Below are positions 23,255 to 37,167 of a stretch of 64,000 bases of DNA, piece by piece. The translations under genes and the position numbers were made by a program. Source of the stretch: Vicugna vicugna (Eukaryota); contig MU058259.1 in NCBI GenBank assembly GCA_013265495.1, forward strand, positions 442,040 through 506,039, given 5' to 3'. The notes beneath the pieces were generated by a model. That model had not been told where the DNA came from. It saw only the letters and a program-made list of their open reading frames with translations, and did not search any database. Each line of letters opens with the position of its first letter. The first letter of the stretch is position 1.

Positions 23255-26200
23255 TGTTTAATTTGCAGTCACGTTTATTTGCAGTTTCTATACACACTTT
23301 CTAGGTAATCAAACTTTTCTGGTACATTATTTTGAGAGGGGTTCACAATGAAACTGTCACCATTTTTACTAAAAATAAATACAAGACTTAAAGTGTTGCA
23401 CAGCTCTAAAATATACAAAGGCTTGAATTGAATGTAAACGTTGAAAACATCTTACAAAAGAAACCATTTTTGCAACAATTTAAAAAGTTCATATTTACAA
23501 ATATTACAAAAATACAAAATGGATGCAAGTCCATAAACCATTGTCTTTCAGCCAGCATGAACTGGTTCTAGGACCAAAATAGTTACACTGTAACCTTCTT
23601 CATAGTTTTAAATCTTTGTCCTGATCTAGTTCTCTAAGTCTGCCACCCCTGCAGCAAATGTACTCACTGACTGAACTTTGGCAAGAGCAAACAGTGTGTT
23701 TTGTTTGCTACAACTAGTCCATGTCCTCTACTTAGCCAAAAAAAAAAAAACACAAAAAAACCCAAAACTCAAAAAGTAAGGAAAAAAATTTCCCCCACAC
23801 AACACAGACATGTTGTAGAAACGTAAAATAACAACAACAGCAAAAAAATCAGCATCAGTGCAAACAACAGAGGAAAAGTTTGGATTGATGTTCTTCACAA
23901 TACCTAATGTGTGTACCCTGCTTCAAGACGGCAGTGATATTGAAGACGGCCCTCTAAATCTTGGTCTTACATGCTATGTGATAAAGCCATGTAGAATATT
24001 CCAAATGACTAAGGAATTTGATTTTTTTTAAACTCAGTTTGTTACTCAGTACTCTTTTCCACAGTGAATTTTAAATCCATCTTTATTTGGGTGTCTTTTA
24101 AAATCTATGAAATATAAAATAGAGAAACTCTGCTATAGATTTTTAGAGTAAACAAAATAAGTAAAACTATATTATAAGGGTTAATTCTGTGATCATTACA
24201 TATAGAAGGTATTTTATTGCCTCAAAATTCAAGTTGGTATGTATTTTAAAATATATATATGGTACCATTACTTAAGTTAATGTCAATAATAAGGAGGTGA
24301 CATACTTGTTAAAGCCAATTCGTGTGTTTTCTGTTCAAGATTTAGAATCACTTTTAAAGCCCACGTACCTTTCTTTATACGCTTAAAAAACCCCTAACTA
24401 CACAAAAGCCATACTGCAAACGAACTGCTTTTATGAAAATTACAAAATATCACCTATTGTGACTGGAAATGACTGTTTCTTATCGCATTTGTCTAAAAAC
24501 CTTATTTTTAAAAGTTTGCCAAGTTTACTTTTCAAAGCATGAGGAAAAGTTATTTGTGTTCCCATGTGGTGTCAAACCACGCTGGTTTTCTTAACACACG
24601 GGTTCCAGTGAGAAATTATGGTCCATTTTTTCAAACCCCCAAACATTTTTCTTTTAGTAAAAAGTATAACATTTCGTAAATGTTCAAATGTACCCTTTAC
24701 CAAGTAGCTTATCTATCCCAGCACTAGCAAACGCACGCGTGCGTGCACACACACGTTCTCCCTCCTCTACCCCGCCACCCCCAGCACCCATTTTACATAC
24801 AAGGATGACAAGAAGTTAAACACAATTTGATAGTGAAGACAAATAGTAGAATAAGACAGCCTTTTTTTTTCTTTTCAAAGAAACAGAAACCCAACAGCAA
24901 TCAGATTCTGTAATTCTCACTCTGTAACGTCTTAGAAAGTGTTTCTATTGAAAGACAGCATCTTCTTAGACCAGGCTTTTTCCTTCGTATTGCATGAATG
25001 AAACCAAACCACAAACTTCCTTTCACACATCCTACTTTCCCAAATACCACTTGCGTAAGCTTAAAGCCAGCTGCTTGTCAATTTCTTGGTAACTCTGGTA
25101 TGTTCTATCGTTCTAATCACATTCTATTCTTTTATAGGCCATATCCCTTCTTAGTTCTCTACTTTCTACCTTCTCCCTTTCAAAACATATTCTAAGTACA
25201 TAGCTGCTCATATTTCTGACATATCATTTTCAAACATTAGTATCAGTTCATGTTAAAATCAGAGGTGTAAAAACCATTTGCAGATTTCAACTTGTAAGTA
25301 TATTTTTTTCAGTTTTAAGACAAGAAAATTCAAGTAATTTCAAGTAATTCAGCTTGTTTCCCTGCCTTCATTTTATCAGAGCACTTGCCCTGACATCTCC
25401 TTTCCCACCCACCACCCTCCCCTTTTGCCATCAAGCAAATAGAGTAAAATCAGACACTCAGTCATATGTAGCATTGTGAACCAGAGCTGTTCCCAGTTTA
25501 ACAGAGAATATAAATAATGCATATACACAGACCTATTTCCCAAGTACATTGTTCACAGTGTCATTTCTGTTACTTTGTAGGTAGCATGAATCTCATCAGC
25601 ACAGAGAAAGAGCTTCACTGAAAACTCATTGCAGGTACTTACTGAGAAATCCACAGCTCTGTGGCATGCTTATGGTTTGTTTCTGTTAGTTAAAGAACCT
25701 GGAGCTAATTGCTAAACTGTTTAAGGAGTCTAAAGATTATAGTCATTAGATTATGACTGTTTATGTCCCCAGTAGCCTAATATAGAATGTAACCTAAAAT
25801 GAACTACTGTTTTCCCTACTCATTCTCTTTAAAGCAATCCATTGAAAAATTGAAGTTTAAAGGACACTGTCAAGTGCTGTTGTTTAGGGCTTTGTGTTGA
25901 GAATGATGATTTCTCTCATTGATTTCTCCTTTTTTTAAATCAAAAGCATGCTTTTCATTCTGTCCAAATTACCACATGGCAAATCACAGCCATGTGTTAC
26001 TAATTGTTTGGTGCTGCAATCTGTCACCAAAATGGTTAAGTCTGAATTCATTATTTTAAATTAATCACATTTCAGTATATGACCTCAAGATTTCCTTTAT
26101 TTGACCAGTTTAAAAATTCATATTTGATGTTTATCACTCGGAAATCATATTGGTGGACATTTAACTATGGTATTTGATATGAAAATGGTATTCACAGAAT

Positions 26201-26758
26201 ACAGTTATTACACTTTATCTGTTGTGTTCTATAAACAGTTGGTGTGTGGTAGATAATTGGCCACGTGTCCACTCGTCATTGATAAATCTATTTACACAGT
26301 TTTATCAAAAATATGGTATTTACATGTGTGTAGTTCTTTCTTCTAAATTTTGCTTTAGTTCATTTTAATGTAAAAAAATACCAAACCTCCAGAGTAATTT
26401 CATCTTCTTAAGAGTTATGACAGTGAGGGGTTTGTTTTCTGAATAGGTAGCTCTGGGAAAACTTTTTCTAGCTTTCATGAAAAGCAGACATTTTGAAATT
26501 CTTTATTATCAAAAGGAATGAGATTGGGTAAATCAAACTATGCTAAAGAAAAATATGAAAGACAGTGCAGCTACCTAGAAACGTGGGAAATAATCAAGAA
26601 AGACCAAACCAACTTCCCTTTGCCCAGCACGTCGTATTTAGGAACTCGCTGGTATGCAGTGGAGATGTGCTGCCTTCCCCCAGACTTCCGTTCTGCGCCT
26701 CCACCTCCATCACGTGACTGAGGTGCGGACCTTTGACGGCCAGCCTGGCACGCGCCAC
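23255..26758 (-). other. NHS: NHS 3'UTR (~3.5 kb) with polyadenylation signal AATAAA (23279-23274)
   Basis: Repeat-free AT-rich stretch after the NHS stop; tttatt at 23274-23279 followed on the minus strand by U-rich sequence. Confidence 0.75.
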
Positions 26759-27389
26759 CTACGTGGAGCTCTGGGAGGAGCGGTCGTCATGCGGGCTGCC
26801 GTCCGAGTTCTCCGTTTCGCCCTCGGAGATGGCCTGCATGGGCGCGTTGTACAGCCTGCAGCGGACGCTGTAGCGGCTGCTGCTGGCCGCGGGGGGGGCC
26901 CGGGAGCGCCCCACCCTGGCTGAGGCCGACGTGGTGAAATTCTTGGAGGAAAAGCCTTCCGCGTTCACTCGCGGAGAGCATGGAGAGAGGGGGGACAGGG
27001 CTTCGGTTCCGGGTGCCCCCTGATGGGCCTCATGGGTGCTCTGGGGGGCCTCGGCCGTGAGCTCCCCGGGGGGTTTGGGCAGGATGGGGCTCTTCAGGAT
27101 CTCAGTAGCAGACATGCGGTAACTGGAATCCGAGCGACTGCCTTTCTTGAGGAGTAACAGCTTAAACTCCTCATTCGACGTGTTGGACTTTTTGGCATTT
27201 CGGTAGATGAGGCCAGGGGACCTCTGGCTGTTCGGGGTGGTCACGTTGCTGTTGGGCGAAGTGACAGAGCCAGTGCTGATGCCACCGCCACCACTGATGC
27301 CGCCACCACCACCACCGAGGGAAGCTCTTGATTTACTTCGAACAGACATGTCCCCAGAATCTTTTCTTCCAAGTACTTTCCTCTTGGAC
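26759..27389 (-). CDS. NHS: NHS last coding exon
   Basis: Acceptor ttttcttaaaag|G TCC AAG AGG (phase 2); [20 protein letters not shown]...[33 protein letters not shown]...[30 protein letters not shown], the recognisable NHS C-terminus. Confidence 0.96.
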
Positions 27390-28499
27390 CTTTTAAGAAA
27401 AGGAAAAATCTCAGCCCACGTACATTTTTTTCAGTGAAACTAAAAGTGTTTAGTCACATTCGTGCATCTCCTTAGAGAGCGTCTTGGTGCGCCCTGTCTG
27501 ATCCGACACTCAGCGTAGGGGCTGTGGAGATGAGTAAGACACGTTCCTGACCTGGTAGCACTCACAGCCCTGGCCACGTTCTCCAGTAACCAGTGGACTT
27601 AAATTAGGTTTTGGAAATGACCATTTCAAATAATGACTAACATGGAGGCTAGAGGCTCTAGAGGGAGACCTGTTGGGAAGTTTTACAAGGATGTAAGAAA
27701 ATACTGCTGACTCCTGCTTAGAGTGTAGGTGGTGAAGGACTGTCACTTTCTCTGCAATACAGATCAAATACTCTGATGTCTGGGGTTGACTTCCAACGAA
27801 TACCAGAAGAACAAAGTGCATGGAGGTGTGGATGGGACAGGACTAGCCATAGGTTGGTGGTTGATAGCCTTGGGTGATGGATATGTTTCTGTGTGTTTGG
27901 AGGGGTTACGTGGTGCATTATACTATTCTGTCTACTTTTAAAATTCCACCATGTAAAAAAATGTCTTATAGGCTTTTCAAATAAATCAATCAATTTTGCC
28001 TGCAAATACCATTTTCCATAGCTGCCTAGGAACATCAACAGGGTGCTCCTCAGTAAACCAACTTTCCAGGAGGAGCTGAAAACCTAGACTACCTCTGGGG
28101 CTCTCCAAGCTCTCAAGAAAACAAAATCATTCCTGTCACTGTGAGGTACAGAAATAAAGAAGTAAATCCTACATAAACATAAATCTAAGATTACCAAACT
28201 CTGTAAGTCTGCGAAACCTAGGCACTCATCTGCCATCATTATTATTTCTTTTGATAAGTAAATAGGTGTAAACTTAGTGAATTTAGCCACTGAGTCAGCA
28301 TGACTCAGTTCACTGATGAGTACTGGTAACACGCTTTCTCACCAACCTAAAAATCTATAGGTTCAAGAAAATGCCAGCTTTGCAGTTTGAGACCAGTCTG
28401 ATTTTGGTTCTCCGAATGCTATGTGGTTGCTATCGTGTGTACGCCAGGGTCTGGCACTCCAGTAGGGTAGAAATTTCAAACTAATGTTTGGTTTTAGCA

Positions 28500-28665
28500 T
28501 CTGCCATATTCTAGATACATGATATTTTATCATCAAAACTGAATCCGTGAGCTATAGGTATCCCCATTTACAGTAAAGGAATAGGTCCAGAGGTTTTAAT
28601 TGACTCGAGACTGGAAAGGAAGTGGCAGCATTGGGATTCAGTTCCAGGTCTTTCTGACTCCACTA
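28500..28665 (-). mobile_element. MIR fragment
   Basis: tatccccatttacagtaaagga...cagaggtttt...gggattcagttccaggtctttctgactcca. Confidence 0.6.
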
Positions 28666-29911
28666 CTTTCATTCTGTTCACTATTCCAGACATTAGCATT
28701 TCGTTCTTTGGGGTAAGAACTTGGCTCTTTACCTTACACAGAATTTAATAACTTGTCCTAAGGTTGGGGATCAAGGCAGGTGAGGGGAATATAATCAGGG
28801 ACAGAGAAAAATTAACAAATGGTTCTTCACTCTGGGTGGAGGAATGTGCCTGCTAAGGTGTACACAGAAAGTGTTTCTGATTGGCTCCTTTAAAAAAATG
28901 TTGAAGAGCAGTGCTCTTTCTGTATGTGAGAACCACATCATCAGAAAACACAGGTTCCCCAAAAAAGTAGAAATCTGGGAAAAAACAGTGGTGTGCTGCT
29001 TGCTAAGAACCTGCTTCAAAAAGTGTTAACTTCATGAGGTAGACTAGACAGTCCCCAGGTTTTGTCTCTTGGGAGTCGCATCGAGGTCACTGAGGTCTAG
29101 TAAAGTGGGCAGTTGCAGTTGTGAAAGGAGCAGGCACCTTATGATTGGATAGCTCATCTGATATGGGTTCAGTTTCCAAGGGCAAGTTCCTGCTCTGTCT
29201 TCAGTCACAGGTTGTAAGGACTGTTCTGGCAAATAGGGACCTTGGTCACAGGGGTGCCAGGGGCAGTTGATAGAACGTGAATGGTCAGCATGGATGCAAC
29301 GCTGTCCTGGAAAAGCAGCCCAGAGGATGTCCACTATTCATGGGATATGGAGCATTAAGTTTAGAGAAGGCCAGTGTTCTTAAAGAAATTTAAGTTTTAG
29401 GAAGAGAGGAAAATAGGGAGCAGTGATTAGTTGTTCTGAGCTATGAAATGGGCAGGTTTATACACTCTCTTGTCTCAAACTTGGGGCTCTGTTTACTGAG
29501 TCAACTTCCATTTCTCTCTGCCGGCATAGGAGTATAGCTTTGAGTGTGTTCTATAGGTTAAGAAATTACTTACAAGTCAGAGGTTACACTAGAGTTTGAG
29601 GTTCACTCTTAAATTACTTGATCACGGTTGTTTTCAAATAAAAACTTGTTCCAGAATGTCTTTCCTAGAGGAAAAAAACCAGCAGCTTCCCTCAGCAGTT
29701 CTTAAGAAAGTGTCTCAATTGAGGTCTGACTATATGTAAAGCCACGTATTTCCCAACTTGAATATGAGTCTATCAATTTGATTTGGAAAAATAACTTTGC
29801 TTTGCTTTCTTCTGTTTTTTGCTGAATGTATTACAAATACACAAGGCTTTTCGATATTTGCATTTGATGAGAGGCACCATAAGAAGCAAAACCTTTGGTA
29901 CTGTTGCCTTA

Positions 29912-30040
<129 letters not shown>

Positions 30041-30340
30041 TTAAATTAAGAACAAAAGCATCTTTAGGAAGAAGTTATCCAGCACGCTGCTGGGCTTCAC
30101 TGACTCAGGGAACAAATAAACAATAGTTTTGTGAGTGTCACTTTTGAAAATGAAAGAGCTAACTGTCACACTTACTCTCGATAATAAAAGCTTTTATCTC
30201 AATTGTTTTAATAAGTGAAAAGAAGTAGTGGAGGGAAATCAACAACCAAGGTAGTACCATGTATGAGGAATGTAAGAAAGAAAACCTTCGAGAAGTGCCA
30301 AGAGACACCTTTCCATTGTGACAAAGCATCAACAACTGAC

Positions 30341-33322
30341 CTTTCAGTGAAACCTCATCCACACTTCCTTGGGTCTCCTCTGCTCCGCTGTTATCAGAGG
30401 CACTTTTGGCTGAAAGGCCTGAAGCAACAGTTTCCAGCTCAGAATGTTTTTCAGGGCACGGATTGACAGCTGATACCTCCACTTCATAGCTGATACTCCC
30501 AGGCACTTTGTCATGGTGGCGGCTCATCCCGAGTTGATGCTTAAGTTGATTGCTTTTGTCTGTGGCTCTGGTTGGTGAGTTTGACTGAGAAGTGAGCACA
30601 TCCGCAGGCTCAGGGTGTGCAGCCTCCTCCCGGTCAACGGAAGGTGCCTTCTGGACCTGTGCTGGGGCTCCATCTGGACCGGCTCCACATTGTCGTATTT
30701 CACCATCCAGATCGTTTGGGCGAGCAGCGGAGACCCTCTGAAATTCTTCTGTGGGAAGGTTACAAGTTTTACTTGGTGTGTTTTCTGAAATAGGCTCACT
30801 CTCCATATGTATTTGGTCTTTTGTGCCGCTTGAATCTAGAAGAGCAGTACCAGCTGAGGTTACCATTTCTGGATCACAGCAATTCTTCACATCAAAAGTA
30901 CGGTTTTTTTCTAACTGTAGTTTATCTGGTCCTGTCTCCGCTGCAGAGGAGTCTAAAAAGGACAGTATGGTGTCTTCAGTGGAGTACTGACGTGATACTG
31001 ATTTCTTAGTCATATGTGGCCTAATCTTACCTGGAGACACAGCAGCCATTGTGAGAGTGCTTTCCTCTAAGTAGGGGAGATCTGTGTTGTTGCCTTCTTT
31101 TTGCTTAACTTCTTCAGACTTACTGATGCACCTAAGGTTAACAGATTTCAGGACTGTCGGTGTAATTGCAAGAGACGGTGGAGGATTTGACCTCAGGGTT
31201 TCTCCTATTGTGTTCTGCTTATTATGAGTGAAAACATGCAATGGGTGACGGTGGTGGAATGGTTTATTCAAGACATTATGAAGAGCACTTAGGTCAAGAT
31301 GAGTAGGAGGTATAATTGGAAGTTCGAGATCTTTACTCAGTGATAGAGCCCCATCTTTTAAAGAGGGTTGCTGTAGTGAGGATTTCCTTTCTGGGACTTT
31401 GGGTTTTCTTTTGCTACCCCCAGGAGACAATGGACCAGAAAAGAACGCTGTAGGGAAAGAGGATGTTGGTGTTTCAGACTGGCTTGAGTAGCCGCTTGAT
31501 GGAGACGCCAGGCCAGCCAGCTTTTCTGGTGATGCCAGTTTAAACTCGTTGTCAACAGAAGGAAGGGATGGGGTGGTGGCTCTGGATTCTGACTGGGATG
31601 TTTGGGATTCAGAGCTCTCGGGAGATTTGATGCATTCAATCACTGTGGTACCCGTAGCAGTGCTTGAATTAGATAAAGATCTATAAGGATCATTTGTTTT
31701 CAAGTCATTGAGAAGCCAGAGGTCTGCATAGTGAGTTGATTCAGCACCTTCTTCTTTGAATGGTGGAATATCTGAGGTGTCTAACGGAGGTTCCTTAATA
31801 CCATGTTCACTCTGGCTCATCCAAGAAGGCTCCTGCTTGGTGGGAAGATTGGCATTTTCCACTCGAGAAGGTGTGTTGGAGAAGTCAAGAGGCAGCTTCA
31901 TTTCCCTGGAACTGTGAGGCAGGAGTTGGCCACTGCTTATCTTTGGTTCTTTCTTCTCAGAAACATCTGCATTTCCATCGGGCTTCCTCAGCGATGAGCT
32001 CCGTTTAGGTGGGGTCGGCTTTGCCTTTGGTTTCCTGAAGGAGATGCTCGGTCTCCCCTGCCTCCTGTGGTCTAAGTAGTCCTGCCAGGCACAGTCTGGA
32101 AGAGTGGGAGGACCCCCAACACCCTGGCCATTCTCTGGGCCCAGGGCTGCATAGTGACAGACATAACTCTTACCACCTTTGAGACCACAGTCAAAGTGCA
32201 TGGAGGTGTAGTATCCTTCTGTGTCCACCGAGAAGTGAGAGCTCGTGTCTGCTTTGTCTGATGGAGACTTTTCCAGAAAGCTGTCATAAGTGGCCATGCT
32301 TGTGAAGCTCGGGCAGCCCAGGCTGTCTGCTTTGGGGCGCTCAGGGCTAAAGTCCTGGCGGCAGGAGGCGTCATGATGGTGGTGGAGGTAATTCCACTCA
32401 CTATCACTCGTGTTGCTGTTGTTGGGGTCATCCAGCAGGTCGGCCACAGTGGAGGTAAAGGAGCTGGCCCGGTGGCCTCTCACTTTATCCAGGTGGTCAT
32501 TGTACTGCTCTGTCACGAAGACACTGGTGTCCTCATTAGCATGAGGGGTCGTGTTTAGTGACAGCTCCGAGTCACAGTGCGAGGAGCCAGTGAGGGGAGG
32601 AGAAGCTGCGGGAGGGATCGTCTCTGAGGTCTGTGAGGGGCACGTGGAGCTGCTCCCACTCCAGTTGCCACTGGATGACTGGTGGTCATCCTTCTGGTCC
32701 ATGTGGCTGCTGAGGAAGACGCCGGCCGTGGAGATGCAGTGGATGGGACTCCCGAAGGTGTCTGAGTTGGAGGAGATGTCACAGCTGCCAGAGTCGGCAG
32801 CCATTCGGGACAGACGTGACCTCCCTCTCTCACCTAACTTGTGCTGAGGGCTGTGAAGATGCTGAGAACAGGCCAGGCCCAAGGCAGGCTGGTGTTCCTG
32901 TGCACTCGGGCTGCTGGGGGCCTCGCTGCAGTCATTTAGGGTTCTTTCTTGGTCTCCCACGAAAGGTTCCCCCTCTTCGTATGCTGAAGGTTTAGCACCA
33001 ACTTTGGGTTCAGCATCCCCACCTCTGTTGCCCTCCCTGGGAAGGCTCCGAGATCTTGTGCGGCTGCTCACTGCAGTAGTAAACATGGTGTCGCCTTTGT
33101 CTGCCAACGCAGAAATGTTACCAGCAGAATGAGAAAGGGAAGCAGCAATGCTTTGACCCCTCTGAGCTCTGATTCTCCTTCTGGATGGGGCGGCTATCAG
33201 AATATCCTCAGTTTGGCACTCCGAGTCCCTGGTTCCAGACCTCCTATTGACAGTGTTGGAAGGGTCTGGATTTGTGTGCACGATCACATTCCTTTCCCTG
33301 GCCACGGGCGATTCATCAGAAT
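30341..33322 (-). CDS. NHS: NHS giant coding exon (2982 nt)
   Basis: ORF 30159..33305; acceptor gccctag|AT, donor AAAG|gtcagt; NHS-family motifs [56 protein letters not shown]. Confidence 0.97.
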
Positions 33323-33429
33323 CTAGGGCACATGGAAAGTACAGTGAGATATTTTATACATTGACAGATGAACAGACATTCTGAGACATGTCCACAAATC
33401 TGGGTGCTGGCATGTTGGAGCTCTCTCTC

Positions 33430-33431
<2 letters not shown>

Positions 33432-33476
<45 letters not shown>

Positions 33477-33492
33477 TATATGTATATATATA
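33432..33492. repeat. (CA)n and (TA)n microsatellite in an NHS intron
   Basis: Directly visible dinucleotide runs ~110 nt from the giant-exon acceptor. Confidence 0.95.
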
Positions 33493-34202
33493 CTAAGAGA
33501 AGATAGGCTTTTAGATCTTTTGTGAATTCTTTCTCTTCACGATCAAATTAGTTTGCTCCAATAAGTGTCTACTGTTTTTTTTTTTAATGAAAATACATCT
33601 TATCTTCTTGGCTACTATTCACTTTTATTTCATAATATAAACATAATGAAATAAAAATAATATAATTCATTATATGAAATAAATGTCTTATTTACAAGAG
33701 ATGCTATCATAATAATAATTTTTAAAAACCATAGGAAGAGATATCTTAAACACATTGAACAGAAAAAATAGGAAAAATGTCACCAAGGGTGTCATATAAT
33801 CAGTATTCAATATTTAATTGAGTACCCTTGAAATTTACCTTTTAAAATAACTAATGCCATAAAAGTATATCTCTCTTCAAATAAAAATACTCTTCTAAAA
33901 TTAAATCTTGTTAATTTTTACTCATAATTTCCACCTTACTAAAACTTTTAAAAATTAGCAAAATATTATATTTCAGCCGTAAAACCTGAGCATATATGCC
34001 TAAATCCATAAGGTCAAACCTTCACAGTAAAGAATGGAGATTTAAAAAGTAATACTACCTGGCTTACTGAAAACAAAACACACACCATTTCAAAACTTCT
34101 ACAAGTTACAATGTTGACTATTTTTAAGGAAGCTGGTTAACGGCTTCTATTTCATCTCCTTACAGTCGGCACCAGACAGAACGCTAACGAACGACAGTTT
34201 TA

Positions 34203-34418
<216 letters not shown>

Positions 34419-36927
34419 TTATTGATAGGAAGTAAAGAGTTTGGATTAAGCCTGTGAGCAAATATAAGGGAGCTCTTATTCAGCTCTTATTTAAATTATG
34501 TTGCAATACATTAAGCTTTACTTGCAAATGCAGCTCTGCACAACAGCTTGCACTGCCAAAAGGAACAAGCAAAGAAGGAAAATCAAAAGAAAGAGGAGTG
34601 AAAATAACATCAAAGAATCACTCTCAGACAGAAATGGCTCCTTAAGGACTTACAGCCCCTAGTTACTACTATTTACTGGCCTATTTCTGGTCTTTCTGAA
34701 GCTGATATCTTTGCATAGTAGATCCATAGCCAAGATGTTAACCTGAATTCATTCAGCTAACATATCCTGACCTGTTTCTTCTTTAAAAGCATCATTGTGA
34801 GGTTTTTTTTCCCCCTCAACCCACTATGCCCAAGCCCTATATACACACACATGCTGTGAGGGAACAGCAGCCTTGAGATGTTTTTCATATCATCATGTAA
34901 CTCTGGCTGTTTTCTCCTGCTGACTAAATTGGACACATTTTGGTTTAGCACCAGTATCTTATCAGTATAAAATAAAAATACAGTCTTCAGTTCTTCACTT
35001 AAATGGATCTACCTTGTGTGCCACCTGTAAATAAATCTGGAATTCCCGGTCCGTACAATGTGTGTCTGTTTTCTTTGGTAAATACAGGAGGCAAACCATG
35101 ATGCTTATTAGTTTCTCTCTCCATAATCACGTTATTGACATGCTACATGCAGTCCTATCAAAACTAGAATGATGAAGGAGGAGGTGAGGAGCTCAAACTC
35201 CTGTCTGGCCCAGGCACGCACCATGAATTTTTCAGAGTGAGCTTTGCCTCGGAAAGCCATAAGCTAAAAGTGCTTTGGAATCTGGTTGCTTCATCATTTA
35301 TCCTGACTGTTAAACATGGGGCAGAATGGCATGTTAAACCTTGGTTCAGCTATATAATGAAGCAGTTTGTGTTCTGCTTAGCTTCACAGTGACAACAGTT
35401 TCTAGAACTCGCGTTGAAAAATCTGCATGAGAAATCATATGATGAATAATTACAGTACTATTGGAGAATTCATACTAATGAAATTTTCCTTTCTTAGTTC
35501 CAACCAAAGATTAAAATCCTTCACTCTAATCATGATAATTATGTATCATATGGCATACAGACACAGATATTTTGTGTTACGTGGACATAATTAACAACTT
35601 TCTCATTAAAGCTCCTGAAATTAACATATAATCTAGACTTTAGTCTGAGAGTTCCTGAAATAAAGCAGAAGTAAAGATCTTCCCTTCTCCTGAATCACAA
35701 GACCCATAATCAAAGGACTAAATTTGAAAACCAGATTTTACTTACAGTGTCATGAAGAAAGCGGGTGCTGCTAATAATCAGATGTTCCCAGAACTGAAAG
35801 TTAGTTTAAAAGGGTGCCAAAATGATCCATTTTGACAGCTGAACTCCCCTAAGCCATCTCATTTAGCTTATGGAGATCAGATAAAGTGCCCATCCTTAGA
35901 ACAATTTATCCTACAAGTTGGATAGGTCTTCAGGAAAATTAACTCCCAACTCACAACCAGCTGACCAACTAGAACTCCATTTTGTCAGGAAGAAAATAGC
36001 TACCCTGAAACTTGGTCATCATTTGCTCCCCACTTTATATGAGAGAAATTTGAATAAGGTTAATAATGGCCATGTCCAAATGCATCTTCAGCAGCATGCA
36101 TTCTTTGGTTACATTGTACGAGGATGAAAATCTGTCATAAAATGGCCATTCTGAGATTTTCAACATATGAATAAATTAAAATTTAACTGTTAGAGATGTT
36201 TAAAGAAAGCCCAGTGGAGAGATCATTTAATTTCTGTCTTTGAAAGAGTATTATTTTACTTACAACTAAGATTACCAGATTCTAAGATCACCAATTCTGG
36301 ATATTACAATTGCTGCCAATAAACTTTTCAAGAAGAGTCCAGACAGGCTTGCCTTTGACCCAGACTAATATCCAAAATCTCAGTACTCAGGTGGAGGAGA
36401 GCAGAGTGAACAGAAGACACGCGTGCTGGGTTTAGAGTAGAATTCAGCCTTCATCTATACATGTATTTTTAGGTCAAAAATCCCTAAAACCAATGCAGAG
36501 GTCTAAACGATCTTTTAAACAAGCCTACTGTCATCCCAAGGAAGCATGGAAACAGATTTTACAGTTGATCTACAGGATCATTACTTGCAGTTTTAGAAAC
36601 CTGGGGTTTGCAGTTTTCTTTTTTGCATTGCTACGCATCATTATCATATGATTAATCACTGCCGCCTTCTCCATTCTTTCATGCAGCTATGGCCAAAGAG
36701 CTATTTGGTGACTTTTTTTCCAAAAGGAAACTGTTTGTCATTTACATAACAAGCGGCCCAGCAGAACATATGCAAATTGATGTTCAAAACCTGACAAAAG
36801 CATATTGAACATCTTCTGGGTTGTATTCTGATGAAAAAGGTATTATTTGTTTACAAAGCGGCATTCTTAACTGGTACAGGTTTTGACCATATTTAATACC
36901 CAGAATATTCTGACCCTACTGCCCCTA

Positions 36928-37167
<240 letters not shown>

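Noticed and set aside
30159..30340. Extension of the 1048-aa ORF past the donor, with a hydrophobic tail ([10 protein letters not shown]...KCDS)
   Set aside because: Intron read-through: the donor at 30340 joins in phase to the conserved 127-nt exon, and nothing supports retention.
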